This document shows positions 1 through 12,740 of a stretch of 64,000 bases of DNA, piece by piece. Each line of letters opens with the position of its first letter. Position 1 is the stretch's first letter. A program made the position numbers and the translations under genes. Origin of the DNA: Podarcis erhardii (taxonomy: Eukaryota); NCBI GenBank assembly GCA_964252035.1, contig OZ176202.1, one strand, 5' to 3'. The notes below the pieces were generated by a model, which saw nothing but the letters and a program-made list of their open reading frames with translations, was not told the origin of the DNA and ran no database searches.

Positions 1-86
1 CCTACAAATGTGCAAGGAACATCAAAATGCAATGTTGCAGCTTGTCCTCCTAGCAGATTATTTCTATAAATAGCAATGTCACTTAC

Positions 87-277
87 TTTTGAGATCTAAG
101 TTTCTTGCTCCTGCTGTGCTCTGTGTTGTGATTTTTGTGTCAATCTTCACTGTGTGGAGGTTATTGGTGTCCCGCGATATCATCACATTGTGCCACTGGT
201 TGTCATTCAGGGGTTTATTGGAACTTCCCTTGATAAGATTTGCACCATTTCCCAGATCAAACACGTAATGTAAATAC
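87..277 (-). CDS. NRXN1: NRXN1 exon G (191 nt; LNS5): (G)[63 protein letters not shown](S)
   Basis: Acceptor ctgttttcag|GTATTTAC, donor CTCAAAA|gtaagt; phase 2 to 1. Confidence 0.97.
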
Positions 278-294
278 CTGAAAACAGGGAGCAA

Positions 295-297
295 AAA

Positions 298-336
<39 letters not shown>

Positions 337-338
337 AT
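295..338. repeat. (AAAT)11 microsatellite next to the exon G acceptor
   Basis: Directly visible tetranucleotide run. Confidence 0.95.
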
Positions 339-736
339 AGCCAAATGATTTCATTCCCCCCTGGAAGAAGTAAATGAATGAAACTGACAGCTCTTCATTC
401 TCATGCCTCACTTCGTTTAAACTTTTTGAAAATTCAGAAGGTCTTCAGCAAGCCGGTGTCTTCCTAGTTGTAACTTGCAACAGCAGGAACATTTTTATAA
501 GGCTGGTTTGGGAATGGTATAACAACATTCCATACAAAACTCCCTATAAGTAAACATACACCAAAAATGAAAGACTGTCTATCTTGTAAGACAGTGGAGG
601 GTGGTGCCCATTGGGACTGGCAGGGCAGAAGGAACAGGGGCCAACAGTAGGTTGTGTCAGATCCAATGATACACCTTGATGGGTTGTAAGTAAAAAGGCA
701 GGCAGGTAGGGCTGGATAAGTGCAGATAGGTAAGTA

Positions 737-1077
737 AGGTAAATGGTTAAGGACCCCTGGATGGTTAAGTCCAGTCAAAGGTGACTATGGGGTTGCATCG
801 CTCATCTTGCCTTCAGGCCGAGGGAGCCGGTGTTTGTCCACAGACAACTTTCTGGGTCATGTGGTCAGCATGACTAAACTGCTTCTGGCACAACAGGACA
901 CCATGATGGAAACCGGAGTGGACAGAAACACCATTTGCCTTCCCACTGCAGCGGTACCTATTTATCTACTTGCACCACTGTGCTTTCGAACCGCTAGGTT
1001 GGCAGAAGCTCAGCCCGTTACGGGGATTTGAACCGTTGACCTTCCAATCAGCAAGCCCACAGCACCACCCACATCCC
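737..1077 (-). mobile_element. Sauria SINE, internally deleted and diverged
   Basis: Reverse complement of the family: (AAGGTAAA) tail end, ggtacctatttatctacttgcac core, ends at ccacatccc. Confidence 0.85.
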
Positions 1078-1173
1078 TAGAGAGATAAGTGCAGTTGGTG
1101 GAGTGCCCCATTTGCCCCAGTGGACCAACCCCCAATCCTCTAAGACCATACTGATGCTACCTCTCTATTTTAT

Positions 1174-1527
1174 GGGATGCGGGTGGCGCTGTGGGTTAAA
1201 CCACAGAGCCTAGGACTTGCCAATCAAAAGGTTGGTGGTTTGAATCCCCGCGATGGGGTGAGCTCCCATTGCTCGGTCCCTGCTCCTGCCAACCTAGCAG
1301 TTCGAAAGCACGTCAAAGTGCAAGTAGATAAATAGGTACCGCTCCAGCGGGAAGGTTAACGGTGTTTCCGTGCGCTGCTCTGGTTCGCCAGAAGCAGCTT
1401 AGTCATGCTGGCCACATGACCCGGAAGCTGTACGCCGGCTCCCTTGGACAATAAAGCGAGATGAGCGCCACAACCCCAGAGTCGGTCACGACTGGACCTA
1501 ATGGTCAGGGGTCCCTTTACCTTTACC
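1174..1527 (+). mobile_element. Sauria SINE, full length
   Basis: gggatgcgggtggcgctgtgggttaaacc head, gcaagtagataaataggtacc core, cctttacctttacct tail. Confidence 0.92.
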
Positions 1528-2390
1528 TCCATTTTATACTAGTTCATGGCTTCCTCCTGAATGTAGGGAGTTGTTTGCTGGAGTTCCAGCCCTCTTGAAG
1601 AAATAGCTTATTCAGGGTTCTTTGGGGAAGGAGAGTGGTAGTAACTTCTAAATTCTTAAATCTATAAACCTGAGTTTTTGAGGAGTGCAGCCCTTCCTAA
1701 TTCTATGGTTGTTATTTGTTTTAACTGGGGGGTTTTTTAATACTGATATTTAAATTATTGTAACAAGCCCTGGGATTTGCTGCTAAAGAGCAGGTAATAA
1801 ATTTTGTGATGGGGATGATTATGCATGGCAATATTGAACAAGAGCTCTTTTCTTCCTCACTGCCCACTGCACAGAAATTGCACCTCTTAGAGCCTTCTGA
1901 GACAATATCCTTCACAACCTTTCTAGGTTGTGAAGGGCCCAATTTGCCACGGCACTTTGGGCAGCCGACTTTAGTTTCAGAAGTAATACATACAACCTTT
2001 TGAGCAATGTTCTTTCGTTCATGGGGACAAATATGTCTCCATCCACCAAACTTGGGCCTTGCTTTGAGCAAGAGATATTAAGATGAGAATGGGGAATATA
2101 CAGGGGATCTGGTCTTAGCTAAATGTTGAGAGAGGAAAAATGTTGAGAGAGAGGTATGAGAAGCACTATAGCTCTCTTTCAAAATATATACAATCTGCCA
2201 TGAAGAAGCCTGAGTTTGTAAAGTAGGCAAGGCATTAGTTGGGTGCTGACACCCATCTATCGTGGGTTTTTGCAAGTGTCAAGCACAACTCACTTGGCTT
2301 TTGTAACTTGAGATGTGTATTTTCATGACCACCTTCTTTCTGTGATTATAAGTTGTTTTTAACAACCCAGCCAGGTGTAGTATAAATAAA

Positions 2391-2470
2391 TTATTATTAA
2401 TTATTATTATTATTATTATTATTATTATTTGTAACCTTGGCCTAAGGGTGAAGAGTGCAATAATTATTAT

Positions 2471-2512
<42 letters not shown>
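2391..2512. repeat. (TTA)n and (TAA)n tracts in inverted orientation separated by about 40 bp
   Basis: (tta)n at 2401-2429 and (taa)n at 2472-2512. Confidence 0.9.
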
Positions 2513-2666
2513 GCTGTCTGATTTTAAGGGAAATAAGAGCAGTCAATTTGCTTGATCATACCAGAGGTCAGTCTAGTCTAACACCCTGTCCCCTGAATCT
2601 GGAAGCTCCATTCAGCTTTCATGGTTAATATAATCTGTATAGTTGTGTTGTGAGTTTTGTACGCAC

Positions 2667-3048
2667 CCTTTCACTAACTCAACCACGATAAAGTCATTTC
2701 CATCTCCGCTGTTGTAGAGTATTAACCCATCCAACGACGTTGTTTTGAACTGGAAAAACAGGTGCATAGAGGTATAAGCTTGCAATGTGGCCAGGGCAAC
2801 ATAGCTGGCTTTTGTCTTAAAGGTGACCGGGTCTGCGATGATGTTCCTGAAGCCAAAGCGGGCATTGAGCTCACAGTAATCAATGTCCCCATTTTTACAC
2901 AAGTCAATGTACGCCATGCCATTAAAGGTGAGGCTTTGTAGGTGGCCAATGAAGTTGGAGGGGACTGAGGACAAGTAGCGGCGCTCTGTTATGATCCCCG
3001 TCTCTATGTTATGGAATTCGAGTCTTGTGTGATCTCCAGCCATTTGAC
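2667..3048 (-). CDS. NRXN1: NRXN1 exon F (382 nt; end of LNS4 and start of LNS5): (G)[17 protein letters not shown]...[13 protein letters not shown](G)
   Basis: Acceptor cattcaaag|GTCAAATG, donor GTGAAAGG|gtgcgt; phase 1 to 2; matches ORF 2612..3043(-). Confidence 0.97.
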
Positions 3049-3761
3049 CTTTGAATGAAAATGAATTTTAAGAAGTTAGTGTCAGAAACAGAAAAGTCAG
3101 CATTGAGTCGATGCTCAGTTCCCAGGGTCTCGGTCAAGGAGCATGAGCCAACCAAAATGTATACCACCAGGAGAGAGACAATAGCTTCCCATGGTTCACA
3201 CCGAAAGGGGTTGAGCTTTGGTGAACATTCAGTCTGAGCATTCAAAAGCAAGACATTGGGTGGTATTCAATGAGATCACCCCTTCAGTGCAGAGGCATCT
3301 GCCTAAGTAATGGGGAATCCTTTTTCACTCCCTTCCCTGCATGCCCCAATCTGTTTTGGTGGTTACCCCAATGCTCTGGGGCAGATTTGTGCTCCTGGGG
3401 CAGAAGTCCTTGTGCTAATGGGACAACTTTGTTGGATAAAACCCACTGGGACGAACAATGTTTGGAGATACGGTGTCACGAAGTGTGGGTGCAGGAGCTG
3501 ACCCAAAAGGTCGGAGCAATGCACAGGGGCACTACCATGGTGACTCCAACACTGTGTGGAGTAGCTTCATTACCTTTACTGCAACATAACTGAGACCACC
3601 TTCAACACATGAGAATCCATGGATCAAATCTTTGGCCTCTCTGAAAGTGGCTTATGTAATATTGACTTTCTTGATAGTTGCTGATGTTATGTTTGCAAAG
3701 CAAACCCCCTCCTCAAAATTCTTGCCATTCCCACCTCCACCATCTCTTTGTCTGTTGATAT

Positions 3762-3836
3762 CTACCTACCTACCTACCTACCTACCTACCTACCTACCTA
3801 TCATCTATCTATCTATCATCTATATCATCTATCATC
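3762..3836. repeat. Compound (CCTA)n/(ATCT)n microsatellite
   Basis: Directly visible. Confidence 0.9.
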
Positions 3837-4099
3837 TTGCTGGTCCCCCCCTTCCTCAGATCTTCCACCTTTAACCATAGCCCTCTTTAGGATCAGAGCA
3901 ATAAGCAGTGATCCTCAGAATTAGAGGGCATGGAAGCCACTGGCCTGTTAGATCAGTGCAGTTCAACCAGAAGCAGACGAAGACTCTTCTGATCGTTGTG
4001 TCAGGTAGGCAAATGAGACAATCTGGGTCACAGCCAACATCGCCAAATCTGTACTGAATGGTGATATCTGATAAATAAGCAACCATTATTCATTATTAC

Positions 4100-4222
4100 C
4101 TGTCATGGCTTGTTGATCATCCACCATTAACTTTAAACTTTTTCCTCTTCGAACTACACGTACTGTGTGCCATTCATTGTCATTGAGGTTATAGCCAGCA
4201 AAAAGGGTTTCTGGACCTTTGC
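4100..4222 (-). CDS. NRXN1: NRXN1 exon E (123 nt; LNS4): (S/G)[40 protein letters not shown](G)
   Basis: Found by reading; absent from the ORF track. Acceptor ccctacag|GCAAAGGT, donor ATGACAG|gtaata; phase 1-1. Confidence 0.96.
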
Positions 4223-4282
4223 CTGTAGGGTATGCCAAACAGTTATTATGGAATCTTTAAATTAGTCAACATGTGAACCTCA

Positions 4283-4345
4283 CAGAGAGAAAGAAAGAGA
4301 GAGAGAGAGAGAGAAACAAAGAGAAAGAGAAGAGAAAGAAAGAAA
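4283..4345. repeat. GA-rich tract, which is a (CT)-rich polypyrimidine tract on the gene strand upstream of exon E
   Basis: agagagaaagaaagagagagag... Confidence 0.85.
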
Positions 4346-5847
4346 CTGGCTGGAGCAAACATTTTATAAAACATATTCCAAAGACAAGCTGGAAGAGTGT
4401 CAAAGGCTCTGCAGACTTCAAACAACAGACATGTCATCTTGCAACACTTGTGGGCTATATTTTCAAAATGGCAAAGTTGGCCAACTGGGTTTTCATAAAT
4501 GGGCACAGTCAATACAGAGATGGTGGATACCAGTATCAAAAGTTAATGTAAGCTGCAGCTTTTCAATAAAGGTGCTAAAAGAATGATAACCTGAATTTTA
4601 GGCTGCAGATGTGCAATAATGTCTTTCAGTGTGTTGAAAGTTGCATCCTGGCTCATGTTGCATATGCTTTGTTGTGTTAATAAATGTGCTTAATACAACT
4701 GTATATGGCAGGAGTTTCAATAAAATGCATTCAGAATCTCTAAACTGAAAGGATCACAGAAGAGATTGGAACAACATAACTTGGACTTTCTTTTATAAGT
4801 CAAAGTGCTAGGGAGGACCTCTCAGAAGTCAAGAGACGCACAGGCTGTTTCCAGTTGTTGAAGCCCCTATCCATAATAAAACCCACAGAAAGAATATAAG
4901 GCACAAAAAAGAGTGAGTGGTATGTTTATATAATCAGTTGATCTGAAAGGGCACCTTCATCACAGTCTAATCTTGTGTCATCAGAATGAATATATTTATA
5001 TTAATATTTATGAACATTTAAAACTCTTCAACACGACAAAATCTATTCTCAGTTAACAGTTCCTTGCTGCCTTGAGATGTGGAATGGCACCTGGAAGCCA
5101 GGGACACAGCAAGTGTGATGGCATGAACAGCAAGCTGGGCTGTCCTCTCTGTCTTCTCCTTCTTGCTTACCATCAAGCAACAGTGGTACATGTTAAGGAG
5201 TGGCCTTTGCTATCACTGAGTGGCAAGTAAGATGGAGAGGGAGGGGCGGTAGGGTTGCTATTTTCTCCCCAGCCTCTTAACACTCATCAATGCAAGAACA
5301 GGCCTGAAGTCAAAGACCCTAGATCAGCAAGAAGCATTTATGGCAGGTTTGCTGAAGACCTGGCTGCAGACAACACTGTGCTATCCAAACCATGTACCGT
5401 ATCTGCAAATCAATCACACTGAGTCACTATAACTGCAGAGAACAATTGACTGTTTAACAGCTGAGACAATTTGACTCCAGTGCCTACCCTGGTGAGAATT
5501 CATGTCTGTCTGCCCTTAACTTCACTAGTGTTTGGAAAGAAATCCAATGGACAACTTCAAGAGTTACAAAAACACTTTCAAAAATTGATCCTGATGTACG
5601 TGCAATTAGTTGGAAACCCCAAATGTTGAGTGCAGCATCCTGCTTATCCATCGACCAAGTTGCATAGATCCTTCTCATTCAAAATGGCTGTCCAACAAGA
5701 CAGAACAATGTGAAAAAGGCAGGCTTCTGTTCACACAGCTGGAGAGGATGCCCCCCAAAAAACCAACAACAACACAAACATCTAGGGGCACATCTGCATA
5801 TGCAATGCTCATCCCAGACACACTGAAATGCCCAGAGGAGACTCTCT

Positions 5848-5850
<3 letters not shown>

Positions 5851-5910
<60 letters not shown>
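5851..5910. repeat. (CT)n(GT)n compound microsatellite
   Basis: Directly visible. Confidence 0.95.
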
Positions 5911-7766
5911 TAATGCAGATAAGCACTTAGTTGCTTGTGACCTCAGTTGTACTGGGGCCATCATTTCTAAACAGACACAATGCTGAAAGACTCTAGGAAT
6001 GATTGAGTTGAGAATTAATATAAAGCTTGCTAGCTTTCAGTGCCCCTATGGAATTGCAGTAACTATGTTGGCTCTGCATTTATAAGGGTGCTGTTGAATT
6101 CATGAAAATGTGAATCTTCTATCACTATCTTTGTTCTAGCATATTTCAGAAATAAGCTTCTTTATTCTAATTCAGTTTACCTTTTCTTTGTGCTTAAAGG
6201 GAGATATTGGCTGTGTGCCAGAGACCACAAAGAAGTCCTAGGCTCCTTCGGGAGGATAAATAGGAGCTGACTTAAGACTCAACTTTTAACTTTAACATTT
6301 TTCATATATTCTGACCTTTAATGAATCAATCTTTTTTAAAGAAAAAAAACATGAACACGGAGATTATGTATATTGACCATGCAATGCATTTAAAAAAAAA
6401 CCAAAAAACTTTATGTCAATGTGCATGCCCTCTCCAAGATGTATGAAATTTCCTTTTCACACTATTTGCACATGTTATGTATGTGAATGTGCATGCTTAC
6501 AAGTGTTTGTGCACATTCATCCTACATCAGGGCTGGCCCAAGACATTTTTCTTCCTGAGATGGAGCAGAAAAGATTGCTTCTGTTCTCCCAAGGTGCATA
6601 GTACCCAAGGTATCCTGGTACCATCTCAGGAAGCAGAAATGTACTGAGACAGAAATTCTCATAACTAACATTTCACTGCCCTTTCATAATACTCAAATGC
6701 TTTTCACTCTGCCCAATGGTAGAGCTGGCTCTTGCATATATTAACTGCAATATTTATTTTATTTTTAACCTTAGCGAAAATTTGTCTAGTAACACGCACT
6801 TTTTAGCCACTGCAAAAAACATCAAGCAGAGAAACATGTTAAAATTATGGACTTAACCTTCTTGGATTCCTTAAAAGGATGCCTCTGTGGTAATGATTTG
6901 CTCATTTAATTTTACAGTAGTTGTCTGGTAATGTACACTTTTGTGACTAATGAGCGAGATAAAATAAGTATACAAGAAAAAACCTATCCTCGCCCTGACA
7001 AAGAGGGAATTTCGCACCTGTTCGTTTTCATTTACTTGGATTTCTGATGTATTCATTGGCACAGAATTGCCAGGACTTGTAGGAATATTGTATAATTTCT
7101 AAATGTCATCTGTGTTTATCTTTCTGATATTTATTTATTTACAAATGGAACTCCTTTCAAATAACTTTTGCCCCCCCCCCCCGCCCGACCTGTTTCTCCA
7201 TTAGGGCCCTGGTTTTAAAGCTGGTTTTAAAACTTAATGAAACCTTTTCCATTAAGACTACAATAAATTGGACATTGAGAATACAATAAATTGGGCAGCG
7301 GTGCCCACATAGGAAAATGTCCCTGCTCTATTCCTGAGAACAGAATCAGGCTTGCAGCAGGGTCCATTTGGAGTGGGCTGCCTGCCCTAATCGTGCTTCT
7401 GAACTCCCACCCTCCCAAGGCAGAAAGGTTTACTTCCTAAATAGTTACAGGCAGCACCAGCAGATCCTGCAGTGTGATAGCGCCTTCTGAGTACCACTAG
7501 GCCCTTCCGATATTATAAAAAGAATGAATATTTGGCACATAAGGACATATTGCATCCAAAGTGACCGCTGTATACTACAGTGTTGGTTCTGAAGCACTCT
7601 GTTGCAAACAGTAATTCCAGAACTAACCCAAGATGTTTTGCTGCCTGAGGAAAAGGTCAAGATGGAGCCAGATCAGAACATCAGTTGTACAAGACTGGTA
7701 ATGAGACAGCCTTCTCCCTGCTGCTCCTGGGGATATCAGGTTAATTTAAGCATCTTAGGGCACTTA

Positions 7767-7996
7767 CAGTGGTACCTCGGGTTACATACGGTTCAGGTTA
7801 CAGACTCCGCTAACCCTGAAATAGTACTTCAGGTTAAGAAATTTGCTTCAGGATGAGAACAGAAATTGTGCTCCGGCAGTGCAGCAGCAGCAAGTGGGGG
7901 GCCCCATTAGCTAAAGTGGTGCTTCAGGTTAAGAACAGTTTCAGGTTAAGAACGGACCTCCGGAACGAATTAAGTACTTAACCTGAGGTACCACTG
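7767..7996. mobile_element. Tc1/mariner (Tigger-like) MITE, family 1
   Basis: TA|cagtggtacctcgggtt ... aacctgaggtaccactg|TA; TIRs and TA target duplication. Confidence 0.9.
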
Positions 7997-8481
7997 TATT
8001 CCCATTCAGTAAAGTTCTGTACACACTATACTAAGGTAGGCAATGTGCTGCAATCCAAATGTTGTTGGGCTACATCTCCCACCATCCCTGACCACTAGCC
8101 ATGAGAGCAGGGGCTCATGCGAGTCATAATCCAGCAGTGTCAACATATTGGTTACCCCTATACTATACCTTTCATCTTCCCCTTAAGAATTCTGGGCACT
8201 GTAGTTTGATAAGCATTGCTGGAAATGGTAATTTGGTGATGGGCAAACTACAGGGCCCAGAATTCTTTGTGGGAAAGAATGTGTTCCAATGTGCTTTAAA
8301 GGTCTAGTGTGCACACAGCCTAAGTCACAGTGATTTCCTCGGTCACATCTTCTTGACTTCATCCAAAACTTAATTATGCCATTGACAACTCGATGTGGGC
8401 CACTTCCAGGTTGTTTTTAACATTCCCTCTCAAATTCAATTATATTCCAAAACGTCACTTTGAGCTCTCCTAGTTTTAATA

Positions 8482-8517
<36 letters not shown>

Positions 8518-8730
8518 AAGTACTAGTGACAAAACTAACATATTTTTGTATGAGGTGGGGAAAGTAGACAATTAGGAAATGAGGGGATGAGCATTTGGAT
8601 AATTTTTGTCATATACTGGAATGATAGAAAACAAAACGATGTTGAATCATAGTCATTATTTTACTGTATTAATGCCAAACTTCTTAATAAAAGGAAAAAC
8701 ACACACACACATGTGGTCTTTGTTCAACAA

Positions 8731-8762
<32 letters not shown>

Positions 8763-10867
8763 TCCTGAAGTTGCAAAAGCTGGCATGATACAAACTCTTC
8801 TCATAACCAGTGAAGGCTTCAAAACCCTTCACAATCACAGTGATTTCCCGGGTCACATCTTGACTTCTTGACCTTAACTATGCCACTGGCAACTCAATGT
8901 GGGCCACTTAGAAATTTGGTGGCATTTGGTGCTCTGTAGAAGAGTACAATTTTTTGAAGCTGGAACTACTTTTTTGAAGCTGGAAACATAATCTTTAGTT
9001 AAGTTGCAAGACAGAGAAAAACACCTGGAAAATTTGATAGTGCTGAGGTAGAACGTTCTCTAGACTGACTCTTTATAAATCACTTCCTTATGTGCTATTA
9101 TCTACTGTAAGTTACAGTGTAGCGTTTGAATCCTCCGATTCTATGTTCAGAGAAATCGTGCACCAAATATTCCTCTAACTTAGAATACAGTTAGTTTTAT
9201 AGAAGCAAAGGTTCTAGATTCAGGAGGAAAGCGACCCCTTCTTTTTATTGTGAAGAGATGAAGAAGAACTGTTCTCACGCACATTTTCTGGATGTGTAGG
9301 TCAATTCATAGGCCAGGGATTCTGGAAGAGCTCAAAAATGCAGAAGGTGGGGCAGAAATGAGAGCAAGGCTGGACCAGCCTTGATGAAAAGGTGGTGAAG
9401 ATGGCTAAAACTGAGAAGACGGGATAATTTTCTATCCACTGTCTCTGGTATCAGTGTATCACTAATATATTTCAAGGAACTATATGTAGCTTCCCACATT
9501 ACAAATCTATACAAACAAATCCATGGGTGCATGTGAAGACTTGAATACATTTTTTAAAAATGTGAGAATGTCCCTTTCCAATCTGCATTTTTTTTTGGGG
9601 GGGGGGGAGAGGTATCTCATAAAAAACATTCTGGCTTCAGACATGTTTACAAAATAATACATTTGGCCATCCTCACATTGCAAAATATGCAGCGCAAAAT
9701 ATTTATGCACAAGCTGCACAAGCTGGCCCTGCATATATAAGCTCAGAATCATGGTTACCAACCATAATGTTTTGACTGTGTCAATTTATGTCATACCACC
9801 ATCATTCCAACTTGGGCTGAAAAAAGCATACGGATATTATTAACACTGTTCATCCAGATTGATCAACACACTTAAAAGTTAAGAACATGGAGGGGGGGAA
9901 ACTAGCAAAGCATTCTAAAAATTTCCTTTTAGTAACATTTCATCACTGTATATTAAGAACAAGCAGATTGGGAAAAATTACGTAATTCAGAAAGGAAGAA
10001 ATTTGGACTGTGAGTTTATGATGAGGTAAATAAACTCCCTTTAATTTGTAGGTGCCTTCATTCCAAGTGGCAGCTAACAGCATAGAAAATAAGCAACTGA
10101 TCTTTTTCAGCTTCTGATTTGGAATGATTTTAAACCCTTTGTTTTGTGAGAGGGTGGGTTTCATTTTTGTTTTTGCAAATCAAAAAACAAAGATAGGATT
10201 ACAGCAATTTGCCTACCCAGAGTTATCAAGAGAAGACATTTAGAGCTTTGCAATCACTCGTTACTGCCCATAATTAAAAACAAACAAACAAACTCTCGTT
10301 TCATTCTTAATGCAGCTTCTTGCACAGACACACAGAATTTAGAAAAAGGATGCTGATTTTCCCAGGAGCCTGAATCTGCAACAGCCATATGGCTATTCCT
10401 AAACCTGAGATGTTTTGTGTGTTTTTAACTCTTTACAATTTTAAACCATCTTTCGCACCTCTGATCTTTTGCTGAGAAATGCAATTGTCCCACTGAGTTC
10501 AGTGGGAGTAGGTTTGGGGTGGTCAACACATAAACTTTCGTGTCTGAACCCATGGGGACTGAAAGAGAAGTGACCCATCCTGTTCTCAGCACTGACCTGT
10601 GGAGCTAATGGCAGCTAGGGCTGGACATCAAAGAAAGAGCAGAGGGCCCTGAAGCCCAGGTACCCACACCAGATGTCCATCTAGACAGCTGGCAGAGGAT
10701 GTGTTGGTGGCAAATAGGTCTGCATGGGCATGCCATGGCCTATACAGCCTGATGCCAGCCACCACAGCACCCTCTCGTTCTTTCTTCTTCTTCTTAAACA
10801 TATCATAGTCCAAGGTGTCCACCTGGGTAAGTATCGTTCTCTACAACAAAACACTGCTTATTTCCAA

Positions 10868-12350
10868 GCAAATTTGTTTAGCGTCATCAGGGGGAGTCCA
10901 ATACATTTTGGCACCAAGGTGAACCACACAATGGTGCCTCCCACCCCCACCAGGGGAGAAGGGGGGAGTGAAGATCTACATCAGGAACAAGGAGGGGATG
11001 AATATAATAATAATAATAGTAATAGTAATAGTAATAGTAATAATAATAATTTATTATTTATACCCCGCCCTTCCTGGTTCAGAAAACTGGGCTCAGGGTG
11101 GCTAACAACAAATTTAAAACACTTAATTGATGCAACAAAAACAGCATAAAATACCATATAAAACATGAATAATAATAAATTCAGAACTCAAAAGTCAATT
11201 TAGGGGGGAAATCCATCCAATAAACATTAGATGATCACCAGGGCTAGCTGGGTAAATTAGTCCTATTTAGGCCAGCGTGGAGACCAGGGGAGAATTAGCT
11301 GTGGGATCCCAGAGCAGGTAATCTTCATAAAAAGGGGAGGGGGAGGGAAGGAAGGAAGGAAGGAAGGAAGGAAGGGGAATAAAGGATCAGGCTAAGTTCA
11401 AATTGAAAGCCAGGCAGAATAGCTCTGTCTTACAGGCCCTGCGGAAGGAAGTTAAATCCTGCAGGGCCCTGGTTACATAGGACAGAGCATTCCACCAGGT
11501 CGTGGCCATCACTGAGAAGGCCCTGGCCCTGGTGGAGGATAATCTGACTTCCTTAGGGCCCGGGACTTCTAAACTATGATTATTCATGGACCTTAAGGTC
11601 CTTTGTGGGGCATACCAGGAGAGACGGTCACATAAATACAAGGGCCCTAAGCCACAAAGGGCTTTAAATGTCAAGACCAGCACCTTGAAACTGACCCTAT
11701 ACTCCACTGGGAGCCAGTGCAACTGGTAAAGCACTGAGTGAATATGCTCCCATGGCAGAGACCCTGTGAGGAGCCTCGCTGCAGCATTCTGCACCCACTG
11801 GAGGTTCTGGGACAGATTCAAGGGCAGCCCCGCATAGAGCAAATTACAGTAGTCAAGCCTGGAGTGACCGTCGCATGGATCACTGTGGCCAGGTCAGGGC
11901 GGGAAAGGTAAGGGACCAACTGCTACATAGGGAATGGGGGGGGGTCAAATCAACCTCACCCAATGGTTGAAGTGGGAATCAAAGGCCGTTGTGGGTGGGG
12001 GAGAAGGAACCCAGTCTGAATAATGCCAGGCAGGTGCAAAGTCCAGGATACCCCAGAAGGAAGCCCTCACCATTTTCTTCCTAGGAACAGGAGGAGCCCA
12101 GAAGCATCTCCTGTTCACCAAGAGGCAGCTGTAGCAGTGGCCCTGGGGGTGGACTGTCAAGGAAGCAGCAGAGCTGGTCTCCAAGGTGTATGCTGAAGTT
12201 GTTTCTGCCATCATGGTGGCAACAGCAGCAACAACAGGCAGTGCATTCATCGGAGGCCAGATCTGCTACCCCGTGGATCCCAAGTCCCCTCACTTTGCCT
12301 CGGGGGGGGGGCACCATGGCAGCACCTTCCAAATTCATCTTATTCCCGTA
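10868..12350. mobile_element. Eroded non-autonomous DNA-transposon-like element, family with a cagggctggcccaa.acattttggca end, interrupted by an L2 insertion; class unresolved
   Basis: Segments align by eye with 33967-34800 and 29028-29120, e.g. gaagatctaca(t/c)caggaacaag and ctcct(g/a)ttcaccaagaggc; the outer boundaries are approximate. Confidence 0.45.
11004..11920 (-). mobile_element. L2-clade LINE, 3' fragment with (AAT)n-type tail
   Basis: Translates LYAGLPL...QNAAARLLTG...LHWLPV, typical of the C-terminal L2 ORF2; related to 37564-38192. Confidence 0.88.
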
Positions 12351-12375
12351 GCCACAATGGTGCTATGATTTATGT

Positions 12376-12615
12376 GAGAGCCAGTGTGGTGTAGTGGTTA
12401 AGAGCGGTAGTCTCGTAATCTGGGGAACCGGGTTCGCGTCTCCGCTCCTCCACATGCAGCTGCTGGGTGACCTTGGGCCAGTCACACTTCTCTGAAGTCT
12501 CCCAGCCCCACTCACCCCACAGAGTGTTTGTTGTGGGGGAGGAAGGGAAAGGAGAATGTTAGCCGCTTTGAGACTCCTTAAAGGAAGTGAAAGGCGGGAT
12601 ATCAAATCCAAACTC
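12376..12615 (+). mobile_element. tRNA-derived SINE (Squam3-like)
   Basis: gagccagtgtggtgtagtggttaagagc A-box head, gggttcgcgtctcc B-box; near-identical to 45003-45258. Confidence 0.8.
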
Positions 12616-12740
12616 TATTTGTTTTGTTTTAAAAAAGAAAAAAAATCAGGATTGGCAAACTGTTTTTCTCTTCGATTTTCTACTACATCGGGAAAGCAGT
12701 GGCAGCTGTAAAAAATGGAATGAGTGTTCACACTTTATAA

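Noticed and set aside
11387-11842. Protein-coding gene from the 151-aa ORF (also 37895-38194, 50996-51265)
   Set aside because: L2 reverse-transcriptase C-terminal remnants.
12376-12450. tRNA genes (also 36018, 42415, 45003)
   Set aside because: They have A and B boxes but no complete cloverleaf, and they continue into SINE bodies and tails.
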